From an uncultured Sphingobacterium sp. (GTDB taxonomy: Bacteria; Bacteroidota; Bacteroidia; Sphingobacteriales; Sphingobacteriaceae): a stretch of 36,195 nt of DNA. Of the stretch, positions 10,542 through 20,662 are shown piece by piece (position 1 is the stretch's first letter; each line of letters begins with the position of its first letter). The stretch covers positions 1 through 36,195 of the forward strand of contig CAYJAM010000001.1 in the NCBI GenBank assembly GCA_964367725.1. Direction: 5' to 3'. The notes under the pieces are model-generated. The model was not told the DNA's origin and made no database searches. It was given only the letters and a program-made list of their open reading frames with translations. The translations under genes were made by a program, and so were the position numbers.

Positions 10542-10796
10542 ATGGAGCAGCAGGAAGAGAATCAAAAGAATAATGACAAAACTGATGGTATAAAAGCTGA
10601 AAAGCAGGCCCTGAACAGTTATGTAAAATATACCGGTGTAGCTTTTCAAATGATGGCTATTATCGGACTTTCGGCATATATAGGTTACAAGACCGATCAG
10701 TATTATGAACATAAGACGCAGTGGGTAACGGCAATTGTATGTGTTTTGGGTGTCTTTTTATCAATTTATCAGACCATCAGACAGTTAAAGCCATGA
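10542..10796 (+). CDS. AtpZ/AtpI-family (ATPase gene 1) small membrane protein
   Basis: KYTGVAFQMMAIIGLSAYIGYKTDQ pattern with two TMs; first gene of the atp operon; ATG at 10542 preferred. Confidence 0.85.
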   Translation: MEQQEENQKNNDKTDGIKAEKQALNSYVKYTGVAFQMMAIIGLSAYIGYKTDQYYEHKTQWVTAIVCVLGVFLSIYQTIRQLKP

Positions 10797-11182
10797 GCAT
10801 TAGTCGTTTTTTCATTTATTTTATTCTGTTTACAATTTTCCTGGCCATTGCTCCCCTTGTATTTCAGTTCTTTTATCCTGAAATGAATTTTCTGATTCCA
10901 AAATTCTGGGCCTTGTTCTGGATATTTGAAATTTTAACCTTAAGTATCTATCTGATTGCTTCCTGGAGGATGAGAATCAGTGATAAAGCATCCGGTCAGG
11001 CCTTGCTTGGAAGCGTTACTATAAAGTTGCTTTTTTGCATGATAATAGCCTTTGTTTACATCAATGCAAACCCGGTTGATCCCTTTAAATTTATCATCAA
11101 TTTTTTTTATCTATATTTCTTTCATACAGTGTTTGAAATATATTGTTTGTTATGTAACTTGCGCAACCAAAAATTTAAGTAA
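10793..11182 (+). CDS. Four-TM membrane protein, ATP synthase protein I-like
   Basis: ATGA overlap with the preceding stop; four hydrophobic segments; sits just before atpB. Confidence 0.7.
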   Translation: MSISRFFIYFILFTIFLAIAPLVFQFFYPEMNFLIPKFWALFWIFEILTLSIYLIASWRMRISDKASGQALLGSVTIKLLFCMIIAFVYINANPVDPFKFIINFFYLYFFHTVFEIYCLLCNLRNQKFK

Positions 11183-11196
11183 ATTCCTTATAATAA

Positions 11197-12342
11197 ATGG
11201 ATTTGAGCCATATTTTCAATTCAAAAAAATTCTTCAGCATAGCTCTTTGTGCAGTTTTATTTTCATTATTGAGTTTTTCCGCTTTTTCTCAGGAGCATGC
11301 ATCATCAGATACTGCGCATGCTACAGCAGCAGGGGCACATGATGCAAAACCAGAAAAAGAGGAAGATATTTCGAAAGTAATTCTTCATCATATCGCGGAT
11401 TCTCATGAATGGCATTTTTTTGGTCATGTAGCGCTTCCTTTACCGGTTATTTTGTGGACTGACAATGGCTTAGTTAGTTTTCTTTCCAATAAATTTGGAC
11501 ATAACGATCACGGAACTGAATTGATAGAAGCTGGTGGTGCAAAACTGGTTTATTATCACGGAAAGTATTATTACCCTGAATCGGTAAAAAGTGCTGATGG
11601 AACTTACATCGCATACAACAACAAAGGAGAGATCATGAATACCAAGCCTCTTGATATTTCAATTACCAAGAATGTGGTTTCTTTGTTAATCTCAGTTACA
11701 ATTCTGCTTGTGGTGTTTATTGGAATTGCCAATGCTTACAAAAAACGTGAAGGGAAAGCCCCAAAAGGATTACAGTCTATACTTGAGCCAATCATCATTT
11801 TTGTTCGCGATGATATTGCAAAGCCACAGTTAGGTCATAAGTACAGAGGTTTTATGCCCTATTTATTAACGGTATTTTTCTTTGTGTGGTTGAATAACCT
11901 GATGGGATTGATTCCTTTTTTCCCTGGAGGTGCAAACTTAACAGGAAATATTGCAGTGACTATGATGTTAGCACTCTGCACTTTTATTTTAACAACTGTA
12001 AATGGTAACAAGAATTATTGGGGTCACGTATTTACCCCTCATGTTCCATGGTGGTTATATCCATTAATGATCCCTGTTGAGATCATTGGTTTGTTTACCA
12101 AGCCTATCGCCCTGATGATTCGTTTATTTGCAAACATCACTGCAGGTCACATCCTTATTTTAAGTTTGATCTCTCTGATCTTTATCTTAAAGTCGGTTCT
12201 TGTCGCCGGTATTGCAGTTCCGTTTGTTTTGTTTATCAGTGTGATCGAGCTCGTGGTAGGTTTTATTCAGGCATTTATTTTCACAATTCTGTCGGCCTTA
12301 TTTATAGGAATGGCAGTTGAAGAGAAACATGCTGAGCATTAA
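11197..12342 (+). CDS. atpB: F0 subunit a
   Basis: IRLFANITAGH containing the essential Arg; IQAFIFTILSALFIG; long Bacteroidota-type N-terminal extension. Confidence 0.98.
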   Translation: MDLSHIFNSKKFFSIALCAVLFSLLSFSAFSQEHASSDTAHATAAGAHDAKPEKEEDISKVILHHIADSHEWHFFGHVALPLPVILWTDNGLVSFLSNKFGHNDHGTELIEAGGAKLVYYHGKYYYPESVKSADGTYIAYNNKGEIMNTKPLDISITKNVVSLLISVTILLVVFIGIANAYKKREGKAPKGLQSILEPIIIFVRDDIAKPQLGHKYRGFMPYLLTVFFFVWLNNLMGLIPFFPGGANLTGNIAVTMMLALCTFILTTVNGNKNYWGHVFTPHVPWWLYPLMIPVEIIGLFTKPIALMIRLFANITAGHILILSLISLIFILKSVLVAGIAVPFVLFISVIELVVGFIQAFIFTILSALFIGMAVEEKHAEH

Positions 12343-12364
12343 TATGAATTTATTTTTTGTTTAA

Positions 12365-12607
<243 letters not shown>

Positions 12608-12608
12608 A

Positions 12609-12645
12609 AAAATAAGGCTTGTGCGATTGGCACCGGCCTTATTTT
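12609..12645 (+). promoter_or_regulatory. Intra-operon stem-loop after atpE
   Basis: AAAATAAGGC-TT-GTGC-GATTG-GCAC-CG-GCCTTATTTT followed by T-rich sequence. Confidence 0.6.
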
Positions 12646-12680
12646 ATTGTTTTGATTGATTTATTAAATAATATAACAAA

Positions 12681-13193
12681 ATGACATTACTGGCATTAAA
12701 TCCATTAGTTTCTCCGGATCCGGGTTTATTTATCTGGTCAACAGTAGCTTTTTTAATACTGTTCTTCCTTTTAAGCAAGTTTGCATGGAAGCCTATTGTA
12801 AAGGCTCTTGATGAGCGTGAGCGTTCAATTGAGGATGCTTTATCGAAAGCCGAAATGGCTAAAGCTGAAATGGCTAAGCTAATCAGCGAAAATGAAGATC
12901 TTTTAAAAGAAGCACGTTTAGAGAGAGACAACATTCTTAAAGAAGCCAAAGAAATTAAGGATCAGATCATCAATGATGCAAAAGATCAGGCTAAGACTGA
13001 AGGAACCAAATTGATCGAAAAGGCAAAAGACGAGATCACGAACCAAAAGCTTGCTGCTATGGCAGAGATCAAGAACCAGGTTTCAAGCTTGTCATTAGCT
13101 ATTGCTGAGAAAGTATTGCGCAAGCAACTGGAGGATCAGGATAAACAACAGGCTCTTGTTAATGACCTGTTGAAAGAAGTAAAACTCAATTAA
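12681..13193 (+). CDS. atpF: F0 subunit b
   Basis: Single [17 protein letters not shown] motif, long coiled coil. Confidence 0.97.
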   Translation: MTLLALNPLVSPDPGLFIWSTVAFLILFFLLSKFAWKPIVKALDERERSIEDALSKAEMAKAEMAKLISENEDLLKEARLERDNILKEAKEIKDQIINDAKDQAKTEGTKLIEKAKDEITNQKLAAMAEIKNQVSSLSLAIAEKVLRKQLEDQDKQQALVNDLLKEVKLN

Positions 13194-13203
13194 TCAATTG
13201 TCT

Positions 13204-13235
13204 AATTGACAAATTGACAAATCGACAAATCGAAT
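13204..13235 (+). repeat. Short 8-mer tandem tract (AATTGACA/AATCGACA)
   Basis: aattgaca aattgaca aatcgaca aatcgaat fills the atpF-atpH spacer. Confidence 0.75.
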
Positions 13236-13775
13236 ATGTCAGAAATACAAGTTGCATCGCGTTACGCAAAATCTATCATTGACCTGGCTGTTGAGCAGAA
13301 TGCTCTTGAACCAATCAAGAAGGATATTGAATTGTTTCTCGGAACGTGCAGAGCCAATCCGGCTTTGCAGGCAATCCTAAAGAATCCGATTATCAGCCTT
13401 GATAAGAAGGCAAATATTCTGGATGGCTTATTTGGTGATAAGTTGCATAAAATGATTCTTTCTTTTTTCCATATCGTGATCAGGAAGGGCCGTTCAGAAA
13501 TTTTATATGCAACAGCTAAGGAATTTATCAGCCAGTACAACATCATTAAAAATGTGGTAAAGGCTACTGTAACTTCAGCTTCTCCATTGAGTAAAGAAAA
13601 CATTGCTCAAATAGAGGATGTAGTGAAACAGGCAACAAAGGGTGAAGTAATTCTTTCGGCACAGGTAGATCCTGATCTGATCGGAGGTTTTATCCTGAAA
13701 GTTGGCGATAAGCAGTTTGATACCAGTTTATCCAGCAAGCTGAATAAACTTAAAAAGGAATTTGAAAATAACTAA
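13236..13775 (+). CDS. atpH: F1 subunit delta
   Basis: ASRYAKS N-terminus; VDPDLIGGFILKVGDKQFDTSL C-terminus. Confidence 0.97.
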   Translation: MSEIQVASRYAKSIIDLAVEQNALEPIKKDIELFLGTCRANPALQAILKNPIISLDKKANILDGLFGDKLHKMILSFFHIVIRKGRSEILYATAKEFISQYNIIKNVVKATVTSASPLSKENIAQIEDVVKQATKGEVILSAQVDPDLIGGFILKVGDKQFDTSLSSKLNKLKKEFENN

Positions 13776-13778
13776 ATA

Positions 13779-13829
13779 ACCCCAAATCCTTAACAGGGCT
13801 TTTGATTGCTCCCTAATAGGGGTTGGGGG
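13779..13829. repeat. REP-like imperfect palindrome between atpH and atpA
   Basis: CCCCAAATCCT...AGGGGTTGGGG outer pairing; each half has a mini-hairpin (CCT-TAAC-AGG; CCCT-AAT-AGGG). Confidence 0.55.
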
Positions 13830-13866
13830 CGTAAGATTTACAATATAAAACTCAAAAAATACTACT

Positions 13867-15441
13867 ATGGTAGAGGTAAGACCAGATGAAGTTTCGGCGA
13901 TTTTAAGACAACAACTGTCAGGCTTTAAGTCGGAGGCTGAACTCGAAGAGGTTGGCACCGTGTTACAGGTGGGTGATGGTATCGCACGTGTATACGGTTT
14001 AACTAAGGTTCAATCAGGAGAGCTGGTTGAATTTGATAGCGGTTTACAGGGTATCGTATTAAACCTTGAAGAAGATAATGTGGGTGTCGTATTGCTTGGC
14101 GCTTTTGATGAGATCAAAGAAGGTGCTACTGTAAAACGTACCAATAAAATTGCTTCTATCAAAGTTGGTGAAGGAATGCTTGGTCGTGTTGTTAACACTC
14201 TCGGTCAGCCAATTGATGGTAAAGGACCAATTCTGGGCGAAACTTACGAGATGCCTTTGGAGCGTAAAGCACCGGGTGTAATCTATCGTCAGCCGGTTAC
14301 TGAGCCATTGCAAACTGGTATCAAAGCGATTGATGCGATGATTCCAATTGGTCGCGGACAGCGTGAGCTTGTGATCGGCGATCGTCAAACCGGAAAAACT
14401 GCGGTTTGTATTGATACGATCATCAACCAGAAAGAATTCTATGAAGCAGGTAAGCCTGTATTCTGTATTTATGTGGCTATCGGTCAGAAAAACTCTACAG
14501 TAGCCCAGATATTAAAAGTATTGGAAGAAAATGGTGCATTGCCATATACCGTGATTGTTGCGGCTTCTGCTGCTGATCCTGCTCCAATGCAGTTCTACGC
14601 TCCTTTCGCTGGTGCTGCAATTGGTGAGTTCTTCCGTGATACCGGCAGACCGGCATTGATCGTTTATGATGATCTTTCAAAGCAGGCTGTTTCTTATCGT
14701 GAGGTTTCTCTTTTATTACGTCGTCCTCCAGGCCGTGAGGCTTATCCTGGAGACGTATTCTACCTGCACAGCCGTTTGCTGGAGCGTGCAGCAAAGATCA
14801 ACCAGAACGACTCTATTGCACAGTCAATGAACGATCTTCCTGAATCAATTAAGCATATCGTTAAAGGTGGTGGTTCCCTAACAGCTTTGCCGATCATTGA
14901 AACTCAGGCAGGTGACGTTTCTGCATATATTCCAACCAACGTAATTTCAATTACGGATGGTCAGATCTTCCTTGAGTCTAACTTATTCAACGCGGGTGTT
15001 CGTCCGGCTATTAACGTAGGTATCTCGGTATCACGTGTGGGTGGTAATGCGCAGATCAAATCGATGAAGAAAGTTGCAGGTACTCTGAAACTTGACCAGG
15101 CTCAGTACCGTGAATTGGAGGCTTTCTCGAAATTCGGTTCTGACCTTGATGCGGCTACTAAATCTGTATTGGATAAAGGTGCACGTAACGTGGAATTGTT
15201 AAAGCAGGCTCAGTTTTCACCTGAGACAGTTGAAAAGCAGGTTGCAATTCTTTACATAGGTACCAAGAACCTGATGAGAAATGTACCGGTTAATAAGGTG
15301 AAAGCTTTCGAAGCTGAATTCATCCAGCAATTGGAACAACGTCATCCGGAAGCTTTACAGGGTTTGAAAGCCGGTAAACTTGATGATGCTATTACAGGTG
15401 CTCTGGAAACAGTAGCGAAAGAGCTAAGTGATAAATATTAA
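13867..15441 (+). CDS. atpA: F1 subunit alpha
   Basis: Walker [48 protein letters not shown]. Confidence 0.99.
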   Translation: MVEVRPDEVSAILRQQLSGFKSEAELEEVGTVLQVGDGIARVYGLTKVQSGELVEFDSGLQGIVLNLEEDNVGVVLLGAFDEIKEGATVKRTNKIASIKVGEGMLGRVVNTLGQPIDGKGPILGETYEMPLERKAPGVIYRQPVTEPLQTGIKAIDAMIPIGRGQRELVIGDRQTGKTAVCIDTIINQKEFYEAGKPVFCIYVAIGQKNSTVAQILKVLEENGALPYTVIVAASAADPAPMQFYAPFAGAAIGEFFRDTGRPALIVYDDLSKQAVSYREVSLLLRRPPGREAYPGDVFYLHSRLLERAAKINQNDSIAQSMNDLPESIKHIVKGGGSLTALPIIETQAGDVSAYIPTNVISITDGQIFLESNLFNAGVRPAINVGISVSRVGGNAQIKSMKKVAGTLKLDQAQYRELEAFSKFGSDLDAATKSVLDKGARNVELLKQAQFSPETVEKQVAILYIGTKNLMRNVPVNKVKAFEAEFIQQLEQRHPEALQGLKAGKLDDAITGALETVAKELSDKY

Positions 15442-15445
15442 AAGA

Positions 15446-15512
15446 TATTAGTATTGAGTATTGAGTATTGAGAAACACACATCTCAATACTCAGTACTCT
15501 GTACTTTGTACT
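15446..15512. repeat. 7-mer tract (GAGTATT)n and its inverted copy forming a hairpin
   Basis: tagtatt gagtatt gagtatt gaga ... tctc aatactc agtactc tgtactt tgtactc fills the atpA-atpG spacer. Confidence 0.85.
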
Positions 15513-15519
15513 CCTTAAA

Positions 15520-16401
15520 ATGGCTAATTTAAAAGAAGTAAGAAATCGTATAGCATCTGTCAGCTCGACTCAGCAGATCACCAAGGCCATGAAAATGGTT
15601 TCTGCAGCAAAGTTGAAACGGGCAACAAGTGCGATTATTCAGCTGCGTCCCTATGCAAATAAGATGAAAGACATTCTGTCAAATCTTTCTGCAAGTATGG
15701 ACGGTTCCAATTCTCCATATACTCAGGAGCGTGAGCCGAATAAAGTATTGATTATCAGTATTTCATCTAACCGTGGTCTTGCAGGAGCATTCAATATGAA
15801 TGTGATCAAGACGACCAATAATCTGATCGCAGAAAAATATTCAGAGCAACTCGGTAAGGGCAATGTACACATTGTAGCTATCGGTAAAAAAGTTCAGGAT
15901 TTTTATGAGAAGCGAAAATTTACAGTCATTGGTAATAACAATGAATTATTCAGTGACCTGAGTTTCGAAAATACTTCTAAGATCACTGAATCTGTAATGA
16001 CTGCTTTTGCTAAGGGTGATTACGACAGGGTTGAACTGGTTTATAATCAATTCAGAAATGCTGCTGTTCAGATCCTTACAACCGAGCAATTATTGCCTGT
16101 ACCTAAATCGGATAACCTCACTGCGAAAACAACACAGGTTGATTATATACTCGAGCCTTCACAGGAAGAGATCGTTGAACTACTGATCCCTAAGTCAATC
16201 AAAACCCAGGTTTATAAAGCTGTTCTTGATTCGCATGCTTCCGAGCATGGTGCACGTATGACTGCAATGGATAAGGCAACTGAAAATGCGGGTGACTTGT
16301 TGAAAGCGTTAAAACTTTCATACAACCAGGCCAGACAAGCAGCTATTACAACTGAATTGACAGAGATCGTAAGTGGTGCAGCTGCTTTATCTAATGGCTA
16401 A
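15520..16401 (+). CDS. atpG: F1 subunit gamma
   Basis: ITKAMKMVSAAK N-terminus; SEHGARMTAM and RQAAITTELTEIVSGA C-terminus. Confidence 0.99.
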   Translation: MANLKEVRNRIASVSSTQQITKAMKMVSAAKLKRATSAIIQLRPYANKMKDILSNLSASMDGSNSPYTQEREPNKVLIISISSNRGLAGAFNMNVIKTTNNLIAEKYSEQLGKGNVHIVAIGKKVQDFYEKRKFTVIGNNNELFSDLSFENTSKITESVMTAFAKGDYDRVELVYNQFRNAAVQILTTEQLLPVPKSDNLTAKTTQVDYILEPSQEEIVELLIPKSIKTQVYKAVLDSHASEHGARMTAMDKATENAGDLLKALKLSYNQARQAAITTELTEIVSGAAALSNG

Positions 16402-16468
16402 CATTTAGCAGATTCAGTTTTGAACTGTAAAATAGATTTGTAAATTTAAACTTTCTCAATATAAGGAA

Positions 16469-16678
16469 ATGGAAGACACATCAAACAACAATAACTCTAC
16501 CGCTGAAGCTAACGATCCTTCACATTATACCACAATTACAGTGGGTATAGTAATTGGTCTAATCGGTATCTTTTTACGTTTTACCGGTTCTTGGCCTATG
16601 ATTGACATGGTGTCGAACATTATTTGGGTCGTTGGAATTGTAATCTGCTTAAGATCAGTTTTAAGAATATTAAAATAA
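16469..16678 (+). CDS. Small two-TM membrane protein of unknown function
   Basis: 69 aa, polar N-terminus plus two hydrophobic helices, A-rich start context, followed by a terminator. Confidence 0.75.
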   Translation: MEDTSNNNNSTAEANDPSHYTTITVGIVIGLIGIFLRFTGSWPMIDMVSNIIWVVGIVICLRSVLRILK

Positions 16679-16693
16679 TTATTGTCTTAAGGT

Positions 16694-16730
16694 GAAGGGC
16701 TCATATCCTAGCGGTTATGGGCCTTTTTTT
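16694..16730 (+). terminator. Intrinsic terminator
   Basis: GAAGGGCTCATA / TATGGGCCTTTT stem with a T-run. Confidence 0.7.
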
Positions 16731-17505
16731 ATTTTGCGACGATCAGACTTTTTAATTTAGAATCTGTTTTTAGTTTTCTTAATGCTGCTTCATAGGCTAA
16801 CCAGTATATTTCTTCAGTTTTTCTTACATCAAATACACTGGTTGCACCCATACCGTGCGGCTCGATAATTACATCACAATATTCTGCTTTAACTGCCATA
16901 TCCGAATTGATCGACATGATAATTGACCGTTCTACCAGCCTGCGATAACTTTCTATTCGGTCTGTTTCAGGAAGATGATTACAGGATGAACCGATAATAA
17001 AATCGCATTCCGATCGTATTGGCTCAACCGGGAAGTTATTTAAAATGCCACCGTCGATATAAATTTTACCGCCGATATGTATTGGTTTGAAAAACACAGG
17101 TATCGCGCTCGACGCCAAAATAGGATTGATTAATTCACCGGAACGGAAATAGGCTACTTTACATTCATTAAAATTTGTAGCGGTAATTACCGTAGGAATT
17201 TTCAGCCCTTCAAATGAATCATGTGGAAGATATTCCAGTAAAAGAGTTCTGATTTTATCAAGTGACATTAGTCCTTTAGCCCCGAAAGCAGGTCTGATGT
17301 ATTTATAAAGATGGGTCTTCATAAAGACCTTGAGAATTTCGGCAGGTTCAATGCCCTGAGCGAAGAGTGCCCCAACAATGGAGCCTGCACTGGTTCCGCT
17401 GATCCTGTCAAATTTAATCCCAGCTTCTGTAAGTGCCTGCAAAACACCTAAATGTGCTACACCGCGTATTCCACCTCCGGATAGTACCAGACCTATTTTC
17501 ATCAA
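16729..17505 (-). CDS. Patatin-like phospholipase
   Basis: LSGGGIRG oxyanion motif, GTSAG nucleophile elbow, DGG catalytic Asp. Confidence 0.95.
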   Translation of the reverse strand: MMKIGLVLSGGGIRGVAHLGVLQALTEAGIKFDRISGTSAGSIVGALFAQGIEPAEILKVFMKTHLYKYIRPAFGAKGLMSLDKIRTLLLEYLPHDSFEGLKIPTVITATNFNECKVAYFRSGELINPILASSAIPVFFKPIHIGGKIYIDGGILNNFPVEPIRSECDFIIGSSCNHLPETDRIESYRRLVERSIIMSINSDMAVKAEYCDVIIEPHGMGATSVFDVRKTEEIYWLAYEAALRKLKTDSKLKSLIVAK

Positions 17506-17578
17506 AATATAATTATTCGTTACTATTTATTTTTTAAATGGCACTCATGCTTGCTTCGCAGGTTGTTTTTTAATGGTT

Positions 17579-17619
17579 ATGAAGCCCGCCTGGCTGACAC
17601 CAGTCGGACAGGCTTGCAT
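17579..17619. repeat. GC-rich imperfect palindrome (REP-like)
   Basis: ATGAAGCCCGCCTGGCTG-ACAC-CAGTCGGACAGGCTTGCAT within an AT-rich spacer. Confidence 0.5.
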
Positions 17620-17679
17620 GATCTTATTCATTCCGGTTTGTGAGTGGTAAGCTCATGCAGCTTTCATTTCCTTATTCTA

Positions 17680-18708
17680 TTAATCTCTCGGTTTGTATTT
17701 TGATCCGGAAAGAATTTTTTGTGCATCCTTTTCAAGCATAAGCTGCTGTAAACTAATATCTGGATTCTTTTCCATGTATTGTCTGACGATCTGCCAACCG
17801 GTCCATACTCCTAGTTTTGGAGCCGAAGAGGAGTTTTCACCAATCCCTGGAGTGAAAGGTGCCTCAGCAAGGTATTTCTGAATTTTCAGATAATCACTTT
17901 CGAAAAGGAGTTCATTATCCAGAAAATATGCCCAAATTCCGGCTTCATAATCTTTGCACCACTGGAGTTGTTCTGTCGTATACCCAATTTTCAGAATTTC
18001 AGGAATATCAGGTAAGACTGAATCCATGAAGTATAGAATTTTGCCATTGTAGATCATTTTTGAGATCAAATTTCGATCTGCATCATTTTCAGGAAACATC
18101 TCTTCACGGATGAAGGCCTCAATTACACGCGGGCCTATATTCTCCGGACTGAATCTTCTGGAAATGTATTGAGGAATGCTCTGTCTTATAGCCGGATAAA
18201 AGCGGTCTCCATTCTTTCCCAGAAACATGTCGAGGCCAATTCCGATATAATCATTTCCTATGGGTGTTTGTACTGCAAATCCTGAAATAAAGCTGATCAG
18301 ACGGGGAAATTTCTGCCTGGGATAATAGTAGCGGATATACCGGAATGCCTGATCCAATTCTTTCTGCTGTTTTTTCAGATCAGGGAATGATTGAGCAACA
18401 GTTGACCGAAGTTCCAGGTAATCCTTATTTCCAAGTATCGTACGGAGATTGCTATAATAAGTCGTATCCCCGGTATAACCGGCGCTGATCATCTTTTCCA
18501 TATAATCATCGTAGAACCAGGTATATTTTTTTCTGAGGTAAGGAGCTTTTATGGCAATAGAATCAGGATTTACATCATTGAGTTCCTGATCGAACCGTTC
18601 AATAGGAATACTGACTTTGATCTTGCTGATATCCGGCGACTTTTTGTTATTACAGGAAAGAGCTGTAAGGCATGTAAAAAAAAACAGGTAAATTTGGAGG
18701 TGTCTCAT
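17680..18708 (-). CDS. gldB: Gliding motility lipoprotein GldB
   Basis: Lipobox TALSC, IERFDQEL, IGIGLDMFLG, MIYNGKILY, GVWTGWQIVRQYM and SKYKP motifs; adjacent to nadE. Confidence 0.9.
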   Translation of the reverse strand: MRHLQIYLFFFTCLTALSCNNKKSPDISKIKVSIPIERFDQELNDVNPDSIAIKAPYLRKKYTWFYDDYMEKMISAGYTGDTTYYSNLRTILGNKDYLELRSTVAQSFPDLKKQQKELDQAFRYIRYYYPRQKFPRLISFISGFAVQTPIGNDYIGIGLDMFLGKNGDRFYPAIRQSIPQYISRRFSPENIGPRVIEAFIREEMFPENDADRNLISKMIYNGKILYFMDSVLPDIPEILKIGYTTEQLQWCKDYEAGIWAYFLDNELLFESDYLKIQKYLAEAPFTPGIGENSSSAPKLGVWTGWQIVRQYMEKNPDISLQQLMLEKDAQKILSGSKYKPRD

Positions 18709-18817
18709 GGATACGAATTATCTGCTAAATTAAATAAATGCTTATGAAAAATTTACGGTCCTGCTTCTAAAATAGGCCGGGAAAAATTCATAGCTTTTCA
18801 TATTAAGGAATTACAGG

Positions 18818-20458
18818 ATGAAGATTGCGCTAGCTCAGCTAAATTACATTATTGGCGACTTTGAACATAATACACAGAAAATAATAGAGACTATTCAGGA
18901 GGCAAAGGATAAGGGTGCTGATCTGGTAGTTTTTGCAGAGTTGTCTGTTTGTGGTTATTCACCAAGGGATTTCCTTGAATTTTCTGAGTTCATAGAACTA
19001 TCCGAGCAATCAGCAAGGAAAATAGCTGCTGCCTGTACGGATATTGCCTGTATCCTGGGATTGCCAACTCCAAATCCTAAAGTCGAAGGGAAGGATCTTT
19101 ACAATTCAGCATGGTTCATTGAGAATACAGAGGTTAAGGCAATTGTGAACAAGGCCTTATTGCCCAATTATGATGTTTTTGATGAATACCGTTATTTCGA
19201 ACCCTCTGTAGATTTCGGCTGTGTCGATTTTATGGGGCATAAAATTGCTTTGACAATCTGTGAAGATCTGTGGAATATCAATGATAATCCGATGTACACA
19301 ATTTGTCCTATGGACGAACTTATCAAAGAGCAGCCTGATCTGATGATAAATATTGCCGCTTCTCCTTTTGCCTATAATCATGATGAAGAAAGGGTACGGA
19401 TACTAGGCGATAATTGCCGGAAATACAAATTGCCTCTGTTCTATGTAAATCAGGTTGGAGCGCAGACTGAAATTATTTTCGATGGTGGCTCATTGGTTTT
19501 CGATGATTCAGGAATGCTTCTGGATGAAATGGCCTATTTCTCTGAAGACCTTAAGATATATGAGTTTGAAGACAAAAAGGTGAAGGGCCTGGAACCCAAA
19601 GTTCATGATGCCCAAAACGATATTCATCAGGTTCATGATGCGTTAATACTCGGAATTAGGGATTATTTTCAGAAATCGGGGTTCAGCAAAGCCATTCTCG
19701 GACTTTCGGGTGGGATAGATTCTGCCCTGGTATGTGCATTAGCCTCCGAGGCTCTTGGACCTGAAAATGTGATGGCAGTATTGATGCCATCAGAGTTTTC
19801 TACCGATCATTCTATACAGGATGCTTTGGATCTGGTTAAGAATTTGGGGTGTAAACATGAAATCATACCGATCAGGGAGGCTGCCTCAGCATTCGAAAAT
19901 ATGATGAAGCCGGTATTTAAAGATCTGCCTTTTAATGTTGCTGAGGAGAATATTCAGGCAAGGAGCAGGGCAATTATTGTTATGGCGATGTCGAATAAGT
20001 TTGGCTATATCCTGCTCAATACTTCCAATAAGAGTGAATGTGCTGTAGGCTATGGCACCCTATACGGAGATATGGCGGGAGCTATTGGGGTACTTGGGGA
20101 TGTTTATAAAACACAGGTATATAAATTGTCCAATTATATTAACCGTGAAATGGAAATTATTCCAATGAACAGTATTATAAAACCACCCTCAGCCGAACTG
20201 CGTCCCGGACAAAAAGATTCAGATTCACTTCCAGAGTATGATATTCTGGATGCGATATTATTTCAATACATCGAACTTAAAAAGAGTTCTTCAGCCATAA
20301 TTGAACAAGGGTTTGATGAAAGCCTTGTAAAAAAGGTACTCCGCATGGTTAATGTTGCCGAATTTAAAAGAAACCAGGCTCCACCAATATTAAGGGTGTC
20401 ACCTAAAGCTTTTGGGATGGGCAGGAGGCTTCCGATTGTAGGGAAATACCTAAGTTAA
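18818..20458 (+). CDS. nadE: Glutamine-dependent NAD+ synthetase
   Basis: CN-hydrolase domain (FAEL, KALLPNYDVFDEYRYF, ICEDLW) fused to a synthetase domain (GLSGGIDS, NKSE..GYGTLYGD, PSAELRPGQ). Confidence 0.97.
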   Translation: MKIALAQLNYIIGDFEHNTQKIIETIQEAKDKGADLVVFAELSVCGYSPRDFLEFSEFIELSEQSARKIAAACTDIACILGLPTPNPKVEGKDLYNSAWFIENTEVKAIVNKALLPNYDVFDEYRYFEPSVDFGCVDFMGHKIALTICEDLWNINDNPMYTICPMDELIKEQPDLMINIAASPFAYNHDEERVRILGDNCRKYKLPLFYVNQVGAQTEIIFDGGSLVFDDSGMLLDEMAYFSEDLKIYEFEDKKVKGLEPKVHDAQNDIHQVHDALILGIRDYFQKSGFSKAILGLSGGIDSALVCALASEALGPENVMAVLMPSEFSTDHSIQDALDLVKNLGCKHEIIPIREAASAFENMMKPVFKDLPFNVAEENIQARSRAIIVMAMSNKFGYILLNTSNKSECAVGYGTLYGDMAGAIGVLGDVYKTQVYKLSNYINREMEIIPMNSIIKPPSAELRPGQKDSDSLPEYDILDAILFQYIELKKSSSAIIEQGFDESLVKKVLRMVNVAEFKRNQAPPILRVSPKAFGMGRRLPIVGKYLS

Positions 20459-20490
20459 TTGAGAGTTGAGAGTTGAGAATTGACAAATGA
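20457..20490 (+). repeat. 7-mer tract (GAGAGTT)n
   Basis: aatt gagagtt gagagtt gagaatt gacaaat ga begins at the nadE stop; 26 nt are identical to 33961-33986. Confidence 0.85.
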
Positions 20491-20551
20491 TAGCTTAGGG
20501 TTAAGAGTGAGCTACTGCCCTTTCAATAGGATACAAAAGCTTTAACAGAGC

Positions 20552-20614
20552 CTGTCATCCAGAGGAGCTGATGAATTTTGAATTACGCTGGAAATTCATG
20601 CGACGAAGGATCTC
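20552..20614 (+). repeat. TGTCATCC-type REP-like element with an internal hairpin
   Basis: CTGTCATCCAGAGGAGC-[tg atgaattt...aaattcat]-GCGACGAAGGATCTC; the end motif is shared with 31830-31853 and 33070-33108. Confidence 0.6.
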
Positions 20615-20662
20615 AGCCATATATGCAGAAAATTTATCCATTATTTTGAGGATTCATCAAAT

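Noticed and set aside
17539-17554. TGGCAC...TTGC sigma54-like site
   Set aside because: Spacing is one base too long and it points antisense into gldB with no plus-strand gene downstream.
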